From Hyella patelloides LEGE 07179 (GTDB lineage: Bacteria; Cyanobacteriota; Cyanobacteriia; Cyanobacteriales; Xenococcaceae): a DNA stretch of 18,344 nt. The position numbers and the translations under genes were made by a program. Below the pieces are notes generated by a model. That model was not told the origin of the DNA. It worked only from the letters and a program-made list of their open reading frames with translations, and ran no database searches. This document shows, piece after piece, positions 1 to 6,531 of this stretch (position 1 is its first letter; the number at the start of each line of letters is the position of its first letter). Location of the stretch: positions 1 through 18,344 of the forward strand of contig NZ_LR213899.1 in NCBI RefSeq assembly GCF_900659865.1, in the 5' to 3' direction.

Positions 1-16
1 AAAAATCACGAAGAAA

Positions 17-118
17 TTAAATTTTTCTGCGGAATGTGAGATAAATGATGTCGGGTCCTGGAGTGCAAATCATCACAACCGCAGTAGTGAAGAACAAAAC
101 AATATTTGAGAGTGGCAT
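17..118 (-). pseudogene. Short ORF resembling the N-terminus of a LysE/RhtB-family exporter, closed prematurely (possible gene remnant)
   Basis: Manual minus-strand translation from ATG 118..116 gives MPLSNIVLFFTTAVVMICTPGPDIIYLTFRRKI, then TAA at 19..17. A hydrophobic N-terminus followed by TPGPD is the pattern I associate with LysE/RhtB N-termini. The frame closes after 33 codons, whereas full-length members are ~200 aa. Too short for the supplied ORF track. Confidence 0.25.
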
Positions 119-271
119 AAAACTAACTTTCTCTTAAAATGAAGTTGTTCAAGAAACAAGAATTTTGAATATTATAGCGAATGGTTAAGTTTTAGCTGTT
201 GGGTACTTTCCGTATAAATCAGATACCAGTATTAATTTGGAAACTATTTAATTTAGTATTTAAAGACTCTA

Positions 272-1450
272 TCAATCGGATAAGGGTTCAGAAGTCTGAT
301 TGAGGCGCATCCACATAGGTAACTGACGCTCGCCTCCACTTGTTACACGTTCTAGGGCAGCCTCAATTTCTAAGCGGACATCAAACTCACTTTCATCCCC
401 TAGAGCTTTTTGTAGAGCTTCAACTGAGCTTGACTCTGCTACTTCATTAAGAAAACGTGCTGCTCTCCAACGCACAAAGGAGGAACTGTCTTCTAAAGCA
501 AGGCACATAGTAGGTATGGCTTCGACATTACCCAAATCACTTAAGGCATCGCCAGCAGTGCGTCGAACTACTGCAATCGGGTCGTTAAGTACCAATTTAC
601 TCAGAGGTTCGATAGCTTCTTGTCTTTCACTAGAACCAAGGAGTGCTGCTGCCCAACGTCTAACGGTGGCTTTGGGATCTTCTAAAGCTTGTACAAGAGC
701 AGGGAAAGTCTGAGGATTTATTTCCAGCTTTTGAATAGCTTTGAGTCTAGTTTTCCAATCACTGCTACCGAGCAAAACAAGTAAATCTTCTGGTTTGGCT
801 TTCTCTTTGATTATTGTTGGTGTTTTGGAACCAGTGATGATTCTCTCGGACAATCGAGCCAATTCCTCTTCATCGATGAGACTAGCGATTTCTTCGACCA
901 TCATCTTGGCTACTTCTTCTGGTTGACCAGAACGGGATGGATAAGGTTCCCAGTATCTTTCCTCTACATAGTTAGCTCCTGTAGCATCAATGACCCGTTG
1001 TAAAGTTTGCTCGAAACGAGCGGGCAAATTGACTCTAGCTTGTTCAAATGCACCTATAACTTTCACTTGAGTAGGGAGACAACGAAAGAATAATACGGCA
1101 ACTTCTACTAATCCTAAACTCTTACTAGTTTCTGCCAAAGATGAGGTGGATAAATCTTTCGATCTATTCAGTATTTCTGTATCGGCATTTTCAGCTAGCC
1201 CCAGTATCCCTGAAGCTCTGGAGAGAATTGTTTCCCAGTCAGCATTATTGTGACGAGTCAGGGTAATAAAATTAGACGCAAGAAAAACTTCTCGCACTCC
1301 TTCAATATCGAGCAACTGAAACACTTTATCAGGGACATTAGAGAGCGTTTTGCCCCGTTGTAGGGACAGAGGTTTTTCCACAATCTGCTCGTCCAGGTTA
1401 AGCTTCATGGAGTTGGGATTAGGAGTGGTTTCTAGGTTCGAGAGTTTCAT
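272..1450 (-). CDS. Nfu_N-domain / HEAT (PBS-lyase-type) repeat protein; conserved cyanobacterial family, function unknown
   Basis: ORF 272..1534. The codon at 1534..1532 is TTG. The first ATG (1450..1448) gives MKLSNLETTPNPNSMKLNL, the TPNPN hallmark at the very N-terminus of Nfu/NifU N-terminal scaffold domains, so I prefer the 1450 start. The C-terminal third has four HEAT_PBS-like units (DWKTRLKAIQKL, DPKATVRRWAAALLG, DPIAVVRRTAGDALSDLG, DSSSFVRWRAARFLNE). Confidence 0.75.
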   Translation of the reverse strand: MKLSNLETTPNPNSMKLNLDEQIVEKPLSLQRGKTLSNVPDKVFQLLDIEGVREVFLASNFITLTRHNNADWETILSRASGILGLAENADTEILNRSKDLSTSSLAETSKSLGLVEVAVLFFRCLPTQVKVIGAFEQARVNLPARFEQTLQRVIDATGANYVEERYWEPYPSRSGQPEEVAKMMVEEIASLIDEEELARLSERIITGSKTPTIIKEKAKPEDLLVLLGSSDWKTRLKAIQKLEINPQTFPALVQALEDPKATVRRWAAALLGSSERQEAIEPLSKLVLNDPIAVVRRTAGDALSDLGNVEAIPTMCLALEDSSSFVRWRAARFLNEVAESSSVEALQKALGDESEFDVRLEIEAALERVTSGGERQLPMWMRLNQTSEPLSD

Positions 1451-1666
1451 GGCTGTTGTTTTTCTTAAAGTACAACTAAAAACTGACAGATTAGATTTAA
1501 TTTTTCCTACACTATTAATCACTAATTCGACCAATCGAACTGGGAATATATCCAGCCACGATCTCGATGTTTGACATAGGAATGAACTACTACAATCAAC
1601 AAGGCGATCTCACTACCTGAAATAGTCAAGTAAGAGCAAAACTACTACTTAAATAGTGAACATTAA

Positions 1667-1879
1667 CTATCTTCTCTGCCACAAAAGAGGTAAAAAAGAA
1701 CCCCCAATAAAACCCACACCAGCGCAAAAGGCTAGCAAAACTCCAATAGGAAATTGAATAGATTGCCAAACTAAGAATTTGAGGGATACAGTTTGAATAT
1801 TTTGAATCGAAAAAACTGCGACCGCACTAACCCAACCTGCTACTATTAAAGAGTTAATAAAATTGGCAAAAATCTTCAT
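1667..1879 (-). CDS. Small two-TM membrane protein, LapA-domain/DUF1049-like
   Basis: 70-aa ORF with ATG start. Two hydrophobic helices flank SIQNIQTVSLKFLVWQSIQFPIGVLL, matching the LapA-domain pattern as I remember it (QN..v.l.Fl.w....P). Lies 64 bp downstream of the ExbD-like gene on the same strand. Confidence 0.55.
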   Translation of the reverse strand: MKIFANFINSLIVAGWVSAVAVFSIQNIQTVSLKFLVWQSIQFPIGVLLAFCAGVGFIGGSFLPLLWQRR

Positions 1880-1943
1880 TGTTATTTATTGCTTGTTAGT
1901 GATTGGCTGATATTTACTTGTTTTTTATTCCTCACTCCTTAAC

Positions 1944-2642
1944 TTATTGTACTCCGATGGCTCGACCACCAGAGCCAAATTGAATCGGTAAATCCAGCTT
2001 ATGAGGTTCCCAACCCACATCGAAACCTTTTGCCCAAGCTTGTTCCCTAGCAGCACGAAACCCAGAAAAACTATTAGGTCTGACAATAAAAGCCAGATAA
2101 TCTTTTTGGGGGTCTAATTGTGCTAAAGTTGCGTTGAATTGAGATTCAGGAAGGGCAAATTGCTCTTCGGTTTCTCCTGATTTAGTTTTGATCGGATCGT
2201 AACGCAAGGAAAAAGTACTGGCATTAGTCATCGTTACGTTGTAGTAATCAGTGGTGGTGCGAAAATTGATTAAACGACTAGCCCGACTATTAACACAAGC
2301 ATTATGATTATTTAATCCTGTTAAATATTGACCAGAATTAACATCTGAACCTAAATCTGGTCTATTACAATTGGGTAAATTACCAATAACATCTTGAATA
2401 TCTTTACCTACTTTTTCATCATCTATATAGGTTATTTGATTATCGCGAATTTCAAAAAAGCGAGGAGTTTTTTCGGTTTTAGAAACCAAAGGAGTTTGCA
2501 CAATAGAATCTGCTTCAACAGCGATTAAAGTAACAAATAAACTAATAAACATTAATACCCCAACAGTGTTAGTTAGAATATCTAAAAAAGAATCTAAATT
2601 TTGATCTGGGGTACTAGTTTTGCGCCTTCTACGGTTTCTCAT
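1944..2642 (-). CDS. ExbD/TolR-like single-pass membrane protein (long paralog, retains the TM aspartate)
   Basis: 232 aa, ATG start, basic N-terminus (MRNRRRRK). DQNLDSFLDILTNTVGVLMFISLF aligns by eye to the ExbD/TolR N-terminal motif (EINVTPFIDVMLVLLIIF), with Asp21 at the conserved proton-relay position. The C-terminus DYLAFIVRPNSFSGFRAAREQAWAKGFDVGWEP resembles the ExbD periplasmic domain and matches the neighbouring 157-aa protein. Confidence 0.6.
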   Translation of the reverse strand: MRNRRRRKTSTPDQNLDSFLDILTNTVGVLMFISLFVTLIAVEADSIVQTPLVSKTEKTPRFFEIRDNQITYIDDEKVGKDIQDVIGNLPNCNRPDLGSDVNSGQYLTGLNNHNACVNSRASRLINFRTTTDYYNVTMTNASTFSLRYDPIKTKSGETEEQFALPESQFNATLAQLDPQKDYLAFIVRPNSFSGFRAAREQAWAKGFDVGWEPHKLDLPIQFGSGGRAIGVQ

Positions 2643-2657
2643 AATAATTGTTAATTA

Positions 2658-3131
2658 TTAGTTACTGTTATTTATTTCTTCTTCAGTTTTCAATGTCCAA
2701 CCAGCATCTATCGGTTCATAGCCAATATCAATTTCTTCTTTTTCGAGAATGGCACGAACTTGATTAAACACATCAATTGCATTGGGTCTTAGTGCTACAA
2801 TTAAATATTCACTATCCTTATTGGCTTTAACTTCTGCTATTAATTGTTGTAATGGAGAGTTAGGGTCTTGTAGTTGGTCTATGGGAACAAATTCTTCACT
2901 AGGATATAAAACGATTCCTTCAGAGCGACATTCTATATAGCGAGGGCTTTTACTGGCGTTGACTCCACTTTCTTCTTCTTTGGCTACTATCGCTACTTCT
3001 TGTTGATTCAAAGCTTGGGTGGTTAGCACAATAATTAATAAGATTAATGTGCCAATAGTACAAGCCAAAATAGATAAAAAAGGGAATAATTCTATTTCAG
3101 TATGTTTTCGGGAAATACTGCGTCTACGCAT
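2658..3131 (-). CDS. ExbD/TolR-like single-pass membrane protein (short paralog, Ser in place of the TM aspartate)
   Basis: 157 aa, ATG start. HTEIELFPFLSILACTIGTLILLIIVL aligns closely by eye with ExbD EINVTPFIDVMLVLL, but Ser20 replaces the conserved Asp. C-terminus EYLIVALRPNAIDVFNQVRAILEKEEIDIGYEP. Gaps are 28 bp to the upstream MotA-like gene and 15 bp to the downstream paralog, so an operon is likely. Confidence 0.6.
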   Translation of the reverse strand: MRRRSISRKHTEIELFPFLSILACTIGTLILLIIVLTTQALNQQEVAIVAKEEESGVNASKSPRYIECRSEGIVLYPSEEFVPIDQLQDPNSPLQQLIAEVKANKDSEYLIVALRPNAIDVFNQVRAILEKEEIDIGYEPIDAGWTLKTEEEINNSN

Positions 3132-3159
3132 ATTAATTGTTCATTATTAATTAGTAAAG

Positions 3160-4584
3160 TTATTGTCTCCCATTATAGTTATCCTGCTCAACCAAAGTGA
3201 TTTTACGAGGTTTATTTAAGTTGTTTAAAACTGGTCTAAGCTGACCTAAATTATCTCTTACTTCTTCTAAAACCTGTGCTAGTTTCGCTGTTTTTTCTAA
3301 AGAACGTAGGCTTTCATCTAGACTAGCTTGCCACTCTCGAAGATCGCTAATTTTACTAGCACTTTTCCCTAAAGCAATTACTCTATTTTCTAAAATATTA
3401 GCAGCCTGTTCTAACTGCTTGGTGATTTGTCTAGCTTGTAAATTCAAACCATCTGCTAAATGATTATTCTTAGCTTTAATTTCTGTCACTAAAGCTTGTA
3501 TTGTAGCTACAGCTTCTTGATTAGCCTGCTGTTGTTGAGCAAAAAATTCCATAAATTGTTGTCGATCTCGATCTGCTAATTGCCTGACTTCTCCCACTTG
3601 AGTAATTACTTGGGAGCTAACATCTTGTACTTTACTAATTTCTGATAAAAAACCTTTTGCTAAAGAACTAGCTGCTTGTTGAGCATAATTATGAGCAGGT
3701 TCGACTAATTTTTCTGGATTGGGAAAATGTTCGTTAATAGCACCTTGTACCGCCGTATTAATAGCTTCTGCGCTAAGACTTTGCTTTTTATCTCTCAGGC
3801 GAGGTAATAATTTATCGTTAATAAAAATATCAATTCCGAGTAACAAACGAGATTCATAACGCTCTACTAACACCAGAGGAATCATTACTAAAACACTCAA
3901 GAAAAGAGCTAACAAAGTAGTATCAAAGGCTACAGCTAAACCACCAGTAACCATTCCAATACCCTCTTTAATTTGCTCAACATCTCCTGCTTCTTGTAAA
4001 AAACCAGAAAAACCACTAACTGCACTACTAATACCAACTACAGTTCCGATAAAACCCAATAGAGGAATTGCCCAAACAAGGATGCGAGGTACGGAAAAAG
4101 AAGACTCTGAAGCACTTTGATAAAAAGAAGAATCATCAAGAGCAAATTCTGTGGCTGTTTCACGATCGCCAGACTTGATGTAAGCTGCTACAATACGACC
4201 ACAACGCCTTGCTACTAGACTACCTTCGCTCATTAAGCGTTCTTGTAAGTAGCTAACTTCATCAGAATTAGGTTTCCCTAATGGAATATGCTCTGCGATC
4301 CAAATTTTACTCAAAGCATTATATTCTGGTTGTAAAGTTAATAGCTTAAGAGATATTGTCGCAATGACCATTGCTGCTAAAAACATTACTAGGTATTGAG
4401 TAAAGCCTCTATCATAGAGTAGAACCCCAATAGCAGACTCTTTAAAAGGATATAGTAGGGTGTAGAAGGCAATTACTAGACCTATACCAATGATACTCAC
4501 TAGAGGTATACTTACCTCTAACTCTTGGCGTTTAGAACTTTGGGTGCGGGATTTCGATCTAGATTTCGATCTAATTTTTTTCAT
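3160..4584 (-). CDS. MotA/TolQ/ExbB-family proton-channel subunit with a long C-terminal alpha-helical (coiled-coil-like) tail
   Basis: 474 aa, ATG start. Two N-terminal TM helices (aa ~25-45 and ~62-84), a soluble loop, then the family signature IPLLGFIGTVVGISSAVSGF ... GIGMVTGGLAVAFDTTLLALFLSVLVMIPLV (aa ~165-250, nt ~3835..4092). Residues ~255-474 are Q/E/A/L-rich and low in Pro/Gly with heptad-like spacing (QQQQANQEAVATIQALVTEIKAKNNHLADGLNLQARQITKQLEQAANILENRVIALGK). Confidence 0.85.
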   Translation of the reverse strand: MKKIRSKSRSKSRTQSSKRQELEVSIPLVSIIGIGLVIAFYTLLYPFKESAIGVLLYDRGFTQYLVMFLAAMVIATISLKLLTLQPEYNALSKIWIAEHIPLGKPNSDEVSYLQERLMSEGSLVARRCGRIVAAYIKSGDRETATEFALDDSSFYQSASESSFSVPRILVWAIPLLGFIGTVVGISSAVSGFSGFLQEAGDVEQIKEGIGMVTGGLAVAFDTTLLALFLSVLVMIPLVLVERYESRLLLGIDIFINDKLLPRLRDKKQSLSAEAINTAVQGAINEHFPNPEKLVEPAHNYAQQAASSLAKGFLSEISKVQDVSSQVITQVGEVRQLADRDRQQFMEFFAQQQQANQEAVATIQALVTEIKAKNNHLADGLNLQARQITKQLEQAANILENRVIALGKSASKISDLREWQASLDESLRSLEKTAKLAQVLEEVRDNLGQLRPVLNNLNKPRKITLVEQDNYNGRQ

Positions 4585-4656
4585 TGTAGTTATTATAATT
4601 TATGGTCATTATTAATAAGCTTTCTGAGCGATCGCTTATGAGGGAGATACTACCGA

Positions 4657-4670
4657 GTAAGTATACTTAC
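4657..4670. promoter_or_regulatory. Perfect 14-bp palindrome GTAAGTATACTTAC in the divergent promoter region (candidate operator)
   Basis: Read directly from the sequence; the site is its own reverse complement. It lies 73 bp upstream of the MotA-like start (4584) and ~280 bp upstream of the lipoprotein start (4953). Flanking CTTATG (4635..4640) and CATAAG (4670..4675) are also complementary. Confidence 0.2.
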
Positions 4671-4952
4671 ATAAGAGGTATTTCAGAAATCAACCTATTA
4701 TCAATGAACTATTATCTTTACTTTATATACGTATACAGTTGAATAATAGTGAAGATAACTAATGTATTTGGGCTATTTGTCTAAAGATTGAGTAAAGAAC
4801 AAAAATTAAGTATTTTTGCGAAACTTAGCATAAAAAGATGATTGTGTAAATTTACTTATAGATTTTATGCTCTCATTTCAAAAATAGCAAAAACACTGAA
4901 TCATATTGAATATCAATTGTATTGGGCTATTGGGATAAATTAGGAGAACACA

Positions 4953-5735
4953 ATGTTGAAAAAAACTCAGATCGGACAAAAAAACAGAAATTATATGGCG
5001 TTTTTGTTCCCTTTTCTGTGTTGTCTTTTAATGCTTTTAACAGGATGCGTTAACTATGACGTAGGGATTAACTTCAATAGCCCCCACAATGGTAATATTG
5101 TCCAGCACATTAAAATTGGACAGCAATTAAACAATCTGGATCGCTCTGATGTCAAAAAATGGTTGAATAGTATAGAGTCGCGATCGCGTAAATTACAAGG
5201 CAAAGTCAAAAAGCCCAATGCTGAAGAACTAATTGTGACTATTCCTTTTCGTAACGGGAAAGAACTAGCAACTAAATTCAATCAACTATTTCATAGCGAA
5301 ATTCCTGCTACCTCTGCGGTTTCTACAGCAGAAAATTCCGACTTAACCAAGCTCGATTCTTATATCACCCTGAAACAAAATAATCTGTTACTGTTAGAAC
5401 GTAATAGCCTAGATTTGGCGATTGATTTGCGAGCATTAAACATTCTCACTCGTCAAGATAAAATAACGATTAACAGCGATCGCTTGATTGACTTGGATTT
5501 TCAACTAAATACCCCCTGGTTAGCTTACAGTGCATCAGGAGAAAATAATCTTCAACCCATTCCTAACTCGCCTACCAAAAAATTAATGTGGCATCTGCAA
5601 CCTGGAGAAATTAATTATATCAAAGCCGTATTTTGGTTGCCAAGTCCTCTAGGAATTGGTGCAGTGGCTATTACTGTCTTGATGATTTTGGGTTTCTACC
5701 TTAAATATCAGCGTTTCCCAGGAGTTGCATCCTGA
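4953..5735 (+). CDS. Lipoprotein with a C-terminal TM anchor, function unknown
   Basis: 260 aa, ATG preceded by AGGAG (4942..4946, 6-nt spacer). Signal peptide with lipobox LLMLLTG-C. C-terminal hydrophobic helix SPLGIGAVAITVLMILGFYL. No catalytic motifs recognised. Confidence 0.7.
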   Translation: MLKKTQIGQKNRNYMAFLFPFLCCLLMLLTGCVNYDVGINFNSPHNGNIVQHIKIGQQLNNLDRSDVKKWLNSIESRSRKLQGKVKKPNAEELIVTIPFRNGKELATKFNQLFHSEIPATSAVSTAENSDLTKLDSYITLKQNNLLLLERNSLDLAIDLRALNILTRQDKITINSDRLIDLDFQLNTPWLAYSASGENNLQPIPNSPTKKLMWHLQPGEINYIKAVFWLPSPLGIGAVAITVLMILGFYLKYQRFPGVAS

Positions 5736-5832
5736 AAGAAAACGCTCAATTTAAGTTGGTTCTTGCGAATCCAAACAAAAACGTGTTATACCTATTTATG
5801 CAGCAAAAGAATGTTTCACTGCAACCACGTAA

Positions 5833-5906
5833 GGACGTATAGCTCAGTTGGTTAGAGTACATCGTTGACATCGATGGGGTCCCCCGTTCGAGTCGGGGTA
5901 CGTCCA
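5833..5906 (+). tRNA. trnV: tRNA-Val (anticodon GAC)
   Basis: Hand-folded cloverleaf. Acceptor GGACGTA/TACGTCC; D arm GCTC-AGTTGGTTA-GAGT; anticodon stem CATCG/CGATG with loop TTGACAT (GAC at 5867..5869); variable loop GGGTC; T arm CCCCG-TTCGAGT-CGGGG; discriminator A. CCA is not encoded. Confidence 0.92.
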
Positions 5907-5946
5907 TATATATTCAGTATATATTGCGATTTTGTGTTGTGACTTA

Positions 5947-6008
5947 AACCATAACTTTACCGTTGTGGCAAGCTTATGTTTAAAAGCAACCTTGGTAAAC
6001 CTATGGTT
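5947..6008. other. Imperfect extended hairpin downstream of tRNA-Val
   Basis: AACCATAACTTTACCGTTG ... CAACCTTGGTAAACCTATGGTT: 15-nt outer arms match 13/15 and an inner GTTG/CAAC pair follows a 3-nt bulge. No adjacent T-run on either strand, so it is not a canonical terminator. Confidence 0.3.
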
Positions 6009-6154
6009 GGAAAAAAAATTAGCAATCAATTCGTTTAAAGTATTTCTCATCTCTTCACACCACAAGTGTCCAGGTTAAGAAATTAATAAAGATCGTATCT
6101 AAACTGGATTTATAGTCGTTCCAATTAATTTCCTTACGTTGTTAAACATTGGTA

Positions 6155-6260
6155 AAAGGATGAAGGATAAAGGATGCCCTAAAGGATACCGCTTCCGCCT
6201 TAGGACTCGCTACGCATCGCGCGACCGAAGGAAGTCCTTTAGGGCATAAAGGATGAAAAG
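6155..6260. repeat. MITE-like palindromic element flanked by AAGGATGAA-type direct repeats
   Basis: Perfect 13-bp inverted repeat ATGCCCTAAAGGA (6174..6186) / TCCTTTAGGGCAT (6235..6247) around a GC-rich 48-nt core. Flanks are AAAGGATGAAGGATAAAGG (left) and AAAGGATGAAAAG (right). The core composition differs sharply from its AT-rich surroundings. Confidence 0.5.
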
Positions 6261-6389
6261 TAGTACTGAGTAACTTGTGGTTTCTATTTGAAATTATTAT
6301 AGTATCAGACGAAATTTGGTAATATTTTAATTGATCCTCAACAAAAGAAATCAAGATTCTCTTAATTAGCCTGACTCATTAAGTATATT

Positions 6390-6417
6390 TTCCTAAGACT
6401 AAATTCCTAAGACTAAA
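6390..6417. repeat. Perfect 14-bp tandem direct repeat (TTCCTAAGACTAAA x2) upstream of the histidine kinase
   Basis: Read directly: 6390..6403 and 6404..6417 are identical. Located ~115 bp upstream of the kinase ATG (6532). Confidence 0.6.
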
Positions 6418-6531
6418 GTCTCCCCACTCAACCAACAACTACTACAAAAGTGATAAATTTAGGCTTTATTGTGGTCATCAGAGTAAACTTAGAACTTTAA
6501 TAAAAGAAGACTCTCCCAACTTATTATTTCC

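Noticed and set aside
1451-1534. 28-codon N-terminal extension of the Nfu_N/HEAT ORF
   Set aside because: The track start at 1534 is a TTG codon. The ATG at 1450 places the TPNPN motif at the position normally seen at the extreme N-terminus of Nfu_N domains.
516-1574. Plus-strand ORFs 516..713, 741..926 and 1350..1574
   Set aside because: These are antisense shadow frames inside or overlapping the well-supported Nfu_N/HEAT gene, with Ser/Leu-rich compositions typical of shadow ORFs.
1944-4584. Calling the MotA-like cluster a Zorya defence system
   Set aside because: The tail is much shorter than the ZorA tails I recall. Neither small protein shows an OmpA/PG-binding ZorB-like C-terminus, and no ZorC/D (or E) partner is present. 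The resemblance stops at a tailed MotA homolog.
5054-5281. 75-aa minus-strand ORF
   Set aside because: Antisense shadow within the lipoprotein gene, which has a strong AGGAG RBS and a lipobox.
5844-6065. 73-aa minus-strand ORF from the track
   Set aside because: It overlaps the tRNA-Val gene (5833..5906) on the opposite strand, and the peptide is low-complexity with no motifs. Spurious.
6142-6354. 70-aa minus-strand ORF
   Set aside because: It reads straight through the MITE-like inverted repeat and its GC-rich core. It has no RBS and no recognisable motifs, so it is most likely an artefact of the repeat.
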